This document shows, one piece after another, positions 44,411 through 52,524 of a stretch of 64,000 nt of DNA. A program made the translations under genes and the position numbers. Source of the DNA: Tepidiformaceae bacterium (GTDB lineage: Bacteria > Chloroflexota > Dehalococcoidia > Tepidiformales > Tepidiformaceae); NCBI GenBank assembly GCA_035326025.1, contig DAOKYT010000001.1, positions 8,163-72,162 on the forward strand, given 5' to 3'. Positions within the stretch are counted from its first letter, which is position 1. Every line of letters starts with the position of its first letter. The notes below the pieces were generated by a model. It was not told the origin of the DNA and searched no databases. It saw only the letters and a program-made list of their open reading frames with translations.

Positions 44411-45417
44411 TTCTGCCGGTTTGCCGCGATATCGGCGGCGCTGATGTCAGCGATCGGGACTGTTACCTCGGAGAACTTGACGAACGCCTCGGGGACCTTC
44501 GCCTCCCGGTTTACCGGGTACACGGCCATCTGGCCGGGGATGTCTTCCTGTACCGGCACGCTCAGGAGGAAGTCGATGAATGCTCGCGCCAGGTCTCTCT
44601 TCTTCGTTCCGTTGAGGACCCCGGCGTATTCGATCTGCCGGAAAACCCCTTTCGGTGGCAGGAGGTTCGCCGTGGGGGCGTCCTCGCGCGGGGGATCAGC
44701 GAAGAGCTGTTCGAAGGCCGGGCTGGTCGCGTAACTGAGCACGATCGGCTGCTCGCCACCGTGCAACGAAAAGTTCGTGTTGTACGCCGTTTCCCACCCG
44801 TCGGTCACCACCAGGCCGTTCGCGCGCATCGCGCGCCACCAGTCCAGGTAGCCATCCTCCCCGAAGTAGGCGACGGTTGCCACCAGGAATGCCAGCCCCG
44901 GCGACGATGATGCGGGATTCTCGACAACCGTCAGATCCCGGTATTCCGGTCTGGTGAGGTCTTCGAGAGACTCCGGCGCCGCGATCCCGCGCCTTTCCAG
45001 TTCCGCGATGTCGTAGTTGAAGTTGACGTACCCGTAGTCGATCGGCGTGACAAAGCCACTGCCTTCCGTCTTGAATTCGGCCGGCACCTTCTCCAGCAGC
45101 GGCGACTCGTACTTCTCGAAGACACCCTCATCGAGGGCCCGCGAAAGGAACGTGTTGTCGATGCCGAAGGCGACATCGCCCTCTGGCTTGCCCTTCGTGA
45201 GCACCAGGCTTGTCGTCATCGAGCCGGCGTCGCCCTTCTGCAGGAGCTTCACGGTCGCGCCGTGCTCCTCCTCGAACTGGCGAATGAGGTCCTCGCTGAG
45301 ATTGAAGGAATCATGTGTGATGACGGTGAGGGTCTTGTCGTCGTCGTCGCCGCATGCGGCGAGCAACAGGCCGAGGGCCGTGACGAGCACGAACAGGAGG
45401 GCGATGCGGATACGCAT
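44374..45417 (-). CDS. thiB: thiamine ABC transporter substrate-binding lipoprotein
   Basis: Lipobox LLLAACGDDDD. Collinear similarity to E. coli ThiB/TbpA as I recall it (TPIDYGYVNFNYD, LSYATSPA, C-terminal KWIDEWTKAVLR). Start trimmed to MRIRIALLF. Confidence 0.85.
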   Translation of the reverse strand: MRIRIALLFVLVTALGLLLAACGDDDDKTLTVITHDSFNLSEDLIRQFEEEHGATVKLLQKGDAGSMTTSLVLTKGKPEGDVAFGIDNTFLSRALDEGVFEKYESPLLEKVPAEFKTEGSGFVTPIDYGYVNFNYDIAELERRGIAAPESLEDLTRPEYRDLTVVENPASSSPGLAFLVATVAYFGEDGYLDWWRAMRANGLVVTDGWETAYNTNFSLHGGEQPIVLSYATSPAFEQLFADPPREDAPTANLLPPKGVFRQIEYAGVLNGTKKRDLARAFIDFLLSVPVQEDIPGQMAVYPVNREAKVPEAFVKFSEVTVPIADISAADIAANRQKWIDEWTKAVLR

Positions 45418-45465
45418 CAGACTGGTCCTTTCGCTGCCGGGCTGGCAGGGGTGCCTCCCGGGCAA

Positions 45466-45494
45466 CGAAAAGGAGCCCGGAAAGCCCGGACTCC
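45466..45494 (-). terminator. intrinsic terminator forming the expression platform of the TPP riboswitch
   Basis: The minus strand reads GGAGUCCGG-gcuuu-CCGGGCUCC followed by UUUUCG. It lies between the aptamer and the thiB start. Confidence 0.7.
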
Positions 45495-45518
45495 GCGCAC
45501 CTGGTGCTCGTCATCCGA

Positions 45519-45595
45519 ATCGCTTTCCTCCGCACGTATGAACGTGGTCAGGTTCAAGGGGTCTGATCTCAGCCCATCAGGGCACCCCCAGCGAT
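45519..45595 (-). promoter_or_regulatory. TPP (THI-box) riboswitch aptamer
   Basis: The minus strand reads AUCGCU GGGGUGCCC ugau GGGCUGAGA ucag ACCCCUUGAACCUGA CCACG uucaua CGUG CGGAGGAAAGCGAU. It has the P1 helix AUCGCU/AGCGAU, the CUGAGA and ACCUGA boxes, and the GGAGG(A)AA pyrophosphate-sensing end. Confidence 0.88.
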
Positions 45596-45794
45596 CCCGA
45601 ACAGCTGTGAAATTGTCGATCCTTACGCTACACCCGCCGCGCGGCTGGCTGCAATCACCGGCCCGGTTACCCGGGTGTCACGCAGCTCTCACGCTCGTCC
45701 ACCCGCTGGCGACCCTCGGCTACCCTGCCATCAACGATAATCGGCCCGCGGGCGCCGCGTTACGCGCCGCCGGAATCAACTCGGCCGGGAGAGC

Positions 45795-46667
45795 ATGCAC
45801 ACGGTGATCGTCCGCTGGCTCCGCAACCGCCTCGCCTGGCCCGAGGGCGAATCCCACCGGGTGGTAGCCCTTCGCCGCTCCGCGTTGGCCCTCGCCGCCG
45901 TGCTGCTGGGCGCCGAGGCCGTCGTTGCCGTCCGGTACTCGGGCAGCGTCGGCATGCTCCTGATCGTCTCGACCGCCGGCCTCGGCGCTTTCTTGTACCG
46001 TGGCCTCCAGTCCATCGGCGATCCTCCGGGCGACGGCGACGACGGCCCATCCGCGGTGCTCTTCGATGCCGAGACACGCCTGCCAACCCGCCAGCACCTC
46101 ATCGACACGCTGGCGCGTGACATTGCCCGCTCCCAGCGTTACTCCCACTCGCTCACCCTCGCCGTCGTCGCGATCAGCCAGTTCGACGAGCTCCGCGGCG
46201 CCTGGGGAGCCGGCACCGCGAACCAGGCGGTGCGGCACGTGGCCGATACCCTCCGCCGCGTCACTCGTGCCAGCGATTTTCTCGCCCGGCTCGACGATGA
46301 CCGGTTCGCCGTCATCCTGCTCCAGTGCAGCGAGCGGCAGGCCGCCGTGTTCGCCGACCGCGTGGCCCTCGCCGTCAGCAATCGGCCGCTCGAGTCCAGG
46401 ACGCGCGTGAAGGTCCCCCACTATGTCGGTGTCGAGGTGACCGCGCTCGAATACGATGTCACCCGCTACCGTGGGCCGCTCGAATTCTTGAGCCTCGCCG
46501 GCGGCGACCTTGTCCCGGAACGCCCCCGGATGCGGCGGGGCGCCCTCGCCGGCGACCCGCGCGGCCTCCGCCAGCAGCTCGTCCGCGACTACTACCCCGG
46601 CGGCGAGATGCAGGACTTCGCCGACGCCTACCGCGAGGCGCGCACCCGCAACCGGCACGCCGGCTGA
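45795..46667 (+). CDS. GGDEF-domain protein with degenerate active site
   Basis: Two N-terminal TM helices and a GGDEF fold (..TRLPTRQHLIDTL..SLTLAVVAISQFDELRGAWG..). The A-site reads LDDDRF instead of GGDEF, while RASD occupies the RxxD position 5 residues upstream. Confidence 0.75.
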   Translation: MHTVIVRWLRNRLAWPEGESHRVVALRRSALALAAVLLGAEAVVAVRYSGSVGMLLIVSTAGLGAFLYRGLQSIGDPPGDGDDGPSAVLFDAETRLPTRQHLIDTLARDIARSQRYSHSLTLAVVAISQFDELRGAWGAGTANQAVRHVADTLRRVTRASDFLARLDDDRFAVILLQCSERQAAVFADRVALAVSNRPLESRTRVKVPHYVGVEVTALEYDVTRYRGPLEFLSLAGGDLVPERPRMRRGALAGDPRGLRQQLVRDYYPGGEMQDFADAYREARTRNRHAG

Positions 46668-46670
46668 AGC

Positions 46671-47561
46671 CTACGGGTTGGGGCGGCCCAGGACTCGATT
46701 CCTGGCGGTTCGCAGGGCATACGATACCGCGTGGACGCCGAACCGCCCCGCGATCCCGGCCCCCGTGAGCGCATCCACGAATGCATTGCGGCGCATGTGA
46801 CGCCGGTAGTAGCGCCACATGCCACGGTGATGGGCAGCCATGGCCCGGTATACCGCGTGCCGCGAGCTCCCGCCAACGCGGTGCCGGACCGCCGCCATCG
46901 GGAAGTAGACCACCGTGAGCCCGGCATCCCACACCCTGCGGCAGTAGTCCACGTCTTCGATGCTGAAAAAGTACCCCTCATCGAGCGTGCCGGCCGCCTC
47001 CATGGCCCGCCGGTGGATGAGCATGAATGCGCCCGAGACCCAGTCCACTTCCCGTACCTCATCGTGCGCCCAGTCCGTCATCAGGTAGCGGCTCGACCAG
47101 CGATTCCCGGGGAACAGTTTCGTCGTGAGCGAGTGACGGTTGAAGAACGCGTTCAGGTGGGAGGGAAAGGCCCGGGCGCTCGGCTGGAGCGAACCGTCCT
47201 CGTTCACGATGCGTCCGCCCATCACGCCGGCTTCCGGGTGCTCATCAAGGTACCGGGCCGCCGCGGCCAGGTTCCCGTCCAGCAGCACGCTGTCGGGGTT
47301 CAGGAGGCAGATCACCTGCTCCCCGGGCAATGCCGCCAGGCCCTGGTTCACCGCCCTCGCGAACCCCACGTTGCGCTGGTTCTGGATGACTCGGACCATT
47401 GGGAAGGCGGCACGGACGGCCTCGGCCGTGCCGTCGCGCGAGTCGTTATCCACGACCACGGTTGCCCCAAGGCATTCCGGCACATGCCGGGCGATCGATT
47501 CGATGCAGCCGAGCGCCAGCTCGCGGCAATGGAACGTGACAATGACGATGCCGGGGGTCAA
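46671..47561 (-). CDS. glycosyltransferase family 2
   Basis: Contains IVIVTFHCRELALGCIESI..VVVDNDSRDGTAEAV..NQRNVGFARAVNQG. Start proposed at TTG 47561, a TTGA overlap with the upstream stop; the ORF-track start is 47612. Confidence 0.83.
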   Translation of the reverse strand: MTPGIVIVTFHCRELALGCIESIARHVPECLGATVVVDNDSRDGTAEAVRAAFPMVRVIQNQRNVGFARAVNQGLAALPGEQVICLLNPDSVLLDGNLAAAARYLDEHPEAGVMGGRIVNEDGSLQPSARAFPSHLNAFFNRHSLTTKLFPGNRWSSRYLMTDWAHDEVREVDWVSGAFMLIHRRAMEAAGTLDEGYFFSIEDVDYCRRVWDAGLTVVYFPMAAVRHRVGGSSRHAVYRAMAAHHRGMWRYYRRHMRRNAFVDALTGAGIAGRFGVHAVSYALRTARNRVLGRPNP

Positions 47562-48658
47562 TGCGCGAGCTCCCGGTACACCGATACCGTCTCCTCGGCG
47601 GCCCGCTTCCACGAGTACGCAGAGGCGAGATCGAGCGATCTCGCCGAGAGCTCACGCCGCCATGCCGCGTCGCCGGCGATTGCACAGGCCTCCCTGGCGA
47701 TCCCCGCCGGGTCGCGCGGCGCGACGAAGACCGCCCCGCCCGCGAGCACCTCATCCATCGCGGGTGCCCGTGCGGCGATGACGGGCGTCCCACAGGCCAT
47801 CGCTTCTACCGGGGGAAGCCCGAATCCTTCGAAAAGCGAAGGGAAAACCAGCGCCTCGGCACCCGTGAACAGCGCGGCAAGGTCGTCGTCCGGGACGTAC
47901 CCCAGGAAGCGTACCGACCCGGCCACGCCGATCCGCTGCGCCTCGCGCTTGAGAGCGCCGGAAAGTCTCCCCGGGTTGCCGGCGAGCGCGAGCAGGATCC
48001 CCGGGTGGCGTTCGTGGATCGCCGGCAGCGCACGGATCGCGTCCACCGCGCGCTTGCCAGGCTCGGCGGTCCCCAGGCAAAGGAGATAGGGCTGCTCCAG
48101 GCCCATTCGCCGGCGCATCGCTTCGACCTCGCCGGGAGATGCCGGGGCGAGGCCCTCCCGTGGCGCCTCCGGGATGACCCGGATGCGCTCCGGTGCGATG
48201 CCCAGGTAACGCACCGCGTCGTGCGCCACCGCGCGCGAAGGGACGATCACTCGTTCGGCCCGGCGGGCGCTACGGGCGATGGCCCGGTAGTACCGCCGGT
48301 GGGCGAACCCGTAGCGCCGTGGCAGCCGAAAGAACGTGAGGTCGTGAATCGTGGCAACGCGTGGCACCGGGGACCGGCGCGGCGTGTAGAAGTGGGTCCC
48401 GTGGTAGAGGTCCACCCCGGAGCGCGACATGGCGCCGCCGAGCGAGCGGAGCTCCCACGCGAAACGCCGAAATGGGCTCCCGGGTGGCACCTCCAGCCAC
48501 TCCACGCCGTCCAGCGGCCGCGGCGCCGCCGCGACCACCTCCACCCCCGGGACGCTCGAAAGGGCGCGGGCCAACTGGATCGCGTACACGCCCGCGCCGG
48601 CCGGCCTTTCCGGCAGGGATGAGCTGTTGAGCAAGACCCGGATGGCTTGCGTGGTCAC
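47558..48658 (-). CDS. glycosyltransferase family 4 (GT-B, group 1)
   Basis: 366 aa. C-terminal ..ALVFPSLFEGFGLPPVEAMACGTPVIAA (E-x7-E region). Confidence 0.85.
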   Translation of the reverse strand: MTTQAIRVLLNSSSLPERPAGAGVYAIQLARALSSVPGVEVVAAAPRPLDGVEWLEVPPGSPFRRFAWELRSLGGAMSRSGVDLYHGTHFYTPRRSPVPRVATIHDLTFFRLPRRYGFAHRRYYRAIARSARRAERVIVPSRAVAHDAVRYLGIAPERIRVIPEAPREGLAPASPGEVEAMRRRMGLEQPYLLCLGTAEPGKRAVDAIRALPAIHERHPGILLALAGNPGRLSGALKREAQRIGVAGSVRFLGYVPDDDLAALFTGAEALVFPSLFEGFGLPPVEAMACGTPVIAARAPAMDEVLAGGAVFVAPRDPAGIAREACAIAGDAAWRRELSARSLDLASAYSWKRAAEETVSVYRELAH

Positions 48659-48699
48659 TCGGGCGATCCTAGAGAAGCGCCGAACTATAATCCCGCCCG

Positions 48700-49758
48700 A
48701 TGAAGGGCATCGTCCTGGCCGGAGGCGTCGGCAGTCGGCTGCGGCCGTTCACCTATTCGGGCGCGAAGCAGCTGGTGCCCGTGGCGAATACGCCGGTGCT
48801 TCACTTTCCGATCCGGCAGCTCGTTCAGGCCGGCATCACCGACATCGCCGTGGTGGTCGGCGATACCGAAGCACAGATCCGCGCTGCCCTGGGCGACGGC
48901 AGCCCGTTCGGCGCCCGCCTCACCTACATTCGCCAGCCCGCCCCGCTGGGCATTGCCCACGCCGCCGGCCTGTGCCGCGATTTCGCCGGTGGCAAGGGCT
49001 TCGTGCTGTACCTTGGCGACAATGTGCTGGTCGGCGGGATCGACGCGTTTGTCGCATCGTTCCGGGAGTCTCAAGCGGCGGCCTCGGTGATCCTCAAGCA
49101 GGTTGCCGACCCGCGGGCCTTTGGCGTGGCCGTCCTCGATGGTGAGCGGCTCACCCACGTTGTCGAAAAGCCGGCTGACCCGCCGACGGACCTCGCCGTC
49201 ATCGGCGTGTACGCCTTCCGTCCGCCGGTCTTCGAGGTTATCGAAAGCCAGCAACCGAGTGCACGCGGCGAGCTCGAGATCGCCGACACGATCAACGGGC
49301 TCCTCGCGCTGGGCCTCCGCGTCGACACCTCGGTCACGCGGGCGCACTGGATCGACACCGGCAAGATGGAGGATATCCTGGCTGCCAACCGCACCGTGCT
49401 CGATACCTTCGAGCCGGCCACCGATCCGTCCGCGGCTCTCCATGGATCCGCGCTTCACGGCATGGTCCAGCTTGGGCGCGAGTCGTCGCTCGATGGCTGC
49501 ACGGTCCATGGCCCGGTGGTGATCGGTTCGCGCTCCCGCCTGCGCAACTCCGTCATCGGACCCTACGTCGCTATCGGTGACGGCTGCGACGTCTCGGACG
49601 CCGTCCTCACCAACACGATCGTGATGGAGCAATCGACCATCCGCGACTGCCCGGGCGTAAGGGACTCGATGATCGGCCGGTTTACGGTGGTGACCGGTGC
49701 CCCGGCAGGTTCGCGCCTCACGCTTGGCGACCATTCGCGCTTCGAGGCGGCCGAATGA
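48700..49758 (+). CDS. glucose-1-phosphate thymidylyltransferase-like sugar nucleotidyltransferase (long form with beta-helix C-terminus)
   Basis: Starts MKGIVLAGGVGSRLRPFTYSGAKQLVPVANTP. 352 aa with a hexapeptide-like C-terminal part. Confidence 0.83.
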   Translation: MKGIVLAGGVGSRLRPFTYSGAKQLVPVANTPVLHFPIRQLVQAGITDIAVVVGDTEAQIRAALGDGSPFGARLTYIRQPAPLGIAHAAGLCRDFAGGKGFVLYLGDNVLVGGIDAFVASFRESQAAASVILKQVADPRAFGVAVLDGERLTHVVEKPADPPTDLAVIGVYAFRPPVFEVIESQQPSARGELEIADTINGLLALGLRVDTSVTRAHWIDTGKMEDILAANRTVLDTFEPATDPSAALHGSALHGMVQLGRESSLDGCTVHGPVVIGSRSRLRNSVIGPYVAIGDGCDVSDAVLTNTIVMEQSTIRDCPGVRDSMIGRFTVVTGAPAGSRLTLGDHSRFEAAE

Positions 49759-50771
49759 AGGCGCTCGTCACTGGCGGTTGCGGCTTCATCGGCAGCCACG
49801 TCGTCCGGGGCCTGCTCGCGGACGGCTGGGATGTCACCAACCTCGACAAGCTGACGTACGCCTCGAACCCGGCCAACCTTGCCGCCGAATCCACGAACCC
49901 CCGGCTCACCATGGTCCATGGTGACATCTGTGACACCGCCCTCGTCCGCGACCTCGCTGAGGGCGTCGATGTCATCCTGAACTTCGCCGCGGAAACGCAC
50001 GTCGACCGGTCGCTCCTCGACCCCGGCGTCTTTGTGCGTACCGACGTCGAAGGCGTCGTCTCCCTGCTGGAGGTGGCGCGCGACCGCCCGGGTGTCGCGC
50101 TCGTGCACATGTCGACCGACGAGGTCTTCGGCTCGCTCCCGGCCCCAACCGAGGCGAGCGAGGACTTCCCGTTCGCGCCGAGTTCACCCTATTCGGCCAG
50201 CAAGGCGGCCGCCGAACTGATGATCCGCGCCTGCGCCGAGACCTACGGGATGCCGGTAACGGTCATCCGATGCTGCAACGTCTACGGCCCGAATCAACAC
50301 ATCGAGAAATTCATTCCGCTCTTCACCACGCGCGCGCTCGCCGGCGAACCGATGCCACTCTATGGCGATGGGTTGCAGGAGCGAGAGTGGCTCTTCGTGG
50401 ATGACCTGGTGCAGGCCCTGCGTGTCATCCTGCGGCAGCTGCCGGCGTCACCGGGTGTGCGGGCCGTGCACGCCGGTTCCGGGGAGCGCGTGGCCAACAT
50501 CCACGTCGCCCGCCAGATCTGCAGGCTTACCGGGCGGCCGCTCGATCTCGTGCGCCCGGTGAAGGACCGGCCCGGTCACGATCGGAGGTACGCCCTCGAT
50601 TCCTCTCGCCTCCGGGCACTGGGCTGGGCGCCGCGCGTTCGCTTCGAGGATGGGCTCGCGGCCACCGTGCGCTGGTACACCGAGAACGCCGAGACCTGGG
50701 GGAAGGCCGCCACCGGCGACTTTGGGGGCTATTTCGCCCGCCAATACGGGGAGCGCCTCGCAGGCTCCTAA
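49755..50771 (+). CDS. rfbB: dTDP-glucose 4,6-dehydratase
   Basis: Contains VTGGCGFIGSH, ..HFAAETHVDRS.., and YSASKAAAE. ATGA overlap with the upstream gene. Confidence 0.92.
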   Translation: MKALVTGGCGFIGSHVVRGLLADGWDVTNLDKLTYASNPANLAAESTNPRLTMVHGDICDTALVRDLAEGVDVILNFAAETHVDRSLLDPGVFVRTDVEGVVSLLEVARDRPGVALVHMSTDEVFGSLPAPTEASEDFPFAPSSPYSASKAAAELMIRACAETYGMPVTVIRCCNVYGPNQHIEKFIPLFTTRALAGEPMPLYGDGLQEREWLFVDDLVQALRVILRQLPASPGVRAVHAGSGERVANIHVARQICRLTGRPLDLVRPVKDRPGHDRRYALDSSRLRALGWAPRVRFEDGLAATVRWYTENAETWGKAATGDFGGYFARQYGERLAGS

Positions 50772-52051
50772 GGCGCGTGCTCCCAGTCGAGCATCATCAC
50801 CTCGATCTCGTCTCCCGGCTTCGCCTCGGGCAGGCTCTCCGGGATGACCGTGAGCGCGTTCGCCGCGCTCATGCTGGTCAGGATCCCCGAGCCCTGCGGT
50901 CCGGTGAGGTCTGCATACCAGCGGCCGTCCTCGCCGGGCGACACGATGCAACGGGCAAAGAACCGGCGCCCATCCAGGTTGACCACGCGGTCGCGGGTCA
51001 CCGCCCTGATGATGGGCCGCTCCCAGTCGCTCCGCCCCAGCATCTTGAAGATGGCCGGCCTCCCGAACAGCTCGAACGACACCATGGAGCTCACCGGGTT
51101 CCCGGGCAGCCCCAGGTGCCCCACACGCCGGCCGCCGGGCGCGGTGAATGCTCCGAACGCCAGCGGTTTGCCCGGCTTCATCCGCACGGTCCAGAAGTCG
51201 ATGGCGCCCTCGCGAGCCAGCACATCTTTGACGACGTCGAAGTCGCCGCGTGAGACGCCGGCACTGGTGACGAGCATGTCGGCGTCCAGCCCTTCGTGGA
51301 TCTTCCTCGTCATGTCCTCCACCGTGTCCTTCGAGATGCCGAGCAGGCGGGGGATACCGCCGAACTTGCGCACCATGGCAGCCACGCTGTAGGCGTTCGC
51401 ATCGTAGATCCGCCCGGGAAGGAGTGGTTGGCCCGGTTCGGTGATCTCGTCGCCGGTCGAAAGCACGGCCACCACCGGGCGCCGGTACACCGCCACCTCG
51501 CCGAGCCCGAGGCTCGCGAGCACACCCACCTCCGAGGGCCGCAGCACCCGGCCGGCGGGCACTACCACGTCTCCCTGCCTCACATCCTCGGCGCGAAAGC
51601 GAATGTTGGCGTGCACCTTCGCCGCTTTCATCACGTGCACCGTCGCGCCCTTCCGCGGGGCCTGGTTGGGCCCGCGAAGGGGCTCATCGGTCTCCTCGAA
51701 CGGAACGACCGCATCGGCGCCGGGCGGCATCGGCGCCCCCGTCATAATCCGGACCGCTTCGCCGGGCCCGATCGGCGTCTCGTGGACGTAGCCGGCGGCA
51801 AGGTCGGCCACCACCCGCAGCTCCACGGGCGATGATTCCGAGGCGCCTGCCGTATCGGCTGCCCGCACCGCGTAGCCATCCATTGCGGTGTTGTCCAGCG
51901 GCGGGATGTCGAACGGGGCGACGATGTCCTCGGCGAGCACCTGGCCCAGTGCATCGAGCAACGGCTTGCGTTCGGCGGGAAGGCGGTCGAAGAAGGCGAG
52001 AATCCGGTCGCGCGCTTCGTCGACACTGATCATATCGGTCTCGGAGTGCAT
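50768..52051 (-). CDS. moeA: molybdopterin molybdenumtransferase
   Basis: Contains ..PPLDNTAMDGYAV.., TGAPMPPGADAVV and LSTGDE. Start at ATG 52051 (GAGGG upstream); 52033 is an alternative. Confidence 0.88.
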   Translation of the reverse strand: MHSETDMISVDEARDRILAFFDRLPAERKPLLDALGQVLAEDIVAPFDIPPLDNTAMDGYAVRAADTAGASESSPVELRVVADLAAGYVHETPIGPGEAVRIMTGAPMPPGADAVVPFEETDEPLRGPNQAPRKGATVHVMKAAKVHANIRFRAEDVRQGDVVVPAGRVLRPSEVGVLASLGLGEVAVYRRPVVAVLSTGDEITEPGQPLLPGRIYDANAYSVAAMVRKFGGIPRLLGISKDTVEDMTRKIHEGLDADMLVTSAGVSRGDFDVVKDVLAREGAIDFWTVRMKPGKPLAFGAFTAPGGRRVGHLGLPGNPVSSMVSFELFGRPAIFKMLGRSDWERPIIRAVTRDRVVNLDGRRFFARCIVSPGEDGRWYADLTGPQGSGILTSMSAANALTVIPESLPEAKPGDEIEVMMLDWEHAP

Positions 52052-52148
52052 GGTTGCCCTCGGTCGCGGGCTCGGCACGGGCCACTTCAGAGCGCGGCGA
52101 GCACCGGTAGTGATGGTCGGCGATCAGCGTACAGGGCTTCGCAAAACA

Positions 52149-52179
52149 GCGCAGGGCGCCCCGCCGGGGCGCCCTGCGC
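52149..52179 (-). terminator. GC hairpin downstream of the small Lrp/AsnC-type gene
   Basis: GCGCAGGGCGCCCC-gcc-GGGGCGCCCTGCGC lies 23 nt beyond the stop at 52202. Confidence 0.55.
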
Positions 52180-52201
52180 TACGAACCCTCGAACGCGGCT
52201 C

Positions 52202-52453
52202 TCAGGCGAGCCGCACCGCAAGGCAGGTCGTGGTCCGCTGCACCCCCGGGACCTTCTGCACGGCGTCGGTAATCGCGTTTCCGAGACGATCCAAATCGTC
52301 GGCCTCGAGTTGCACGATTACGTCATATGGACCCGTCACGGTATCCACTACCACCACACGCGCCCCGGGATACGTGAAATCCTGGATGGCCGAGCTCACT
52401 GCCTTGGCCTTGCCAACATCGGTTTCGATCAGGACGTAGCCGCGCACGGCCAT
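52202..52453 (-). CDS. stand-alone Lrp/AsnC ligand-binding (RAM) domain protein
   Basis: 83 aa. MAVRGYVLIETDVGKAKAVSSAIQDF..VVVVDTVTGPYDVIVQLEADDLDRLGNAI..VPGVQRTTT. No HTH domain. Confidence 0.72.
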   Translation of the reverse strand: MAVRGYVLIETDVGKAKAVSSAIQDFTYPGARVVVVDTVTGPYDVIVQLEADDLDRLGNAITDAVQKVPGVQRTTTCLAVRLA

Positions 52454-52524
52454 GGGGCTTCCCCTCCAGGTAAATGTTGGGGGCCATCATAGCGCATCCC
52501 GCAATCCGGTCCCGGCGCTCGTGT

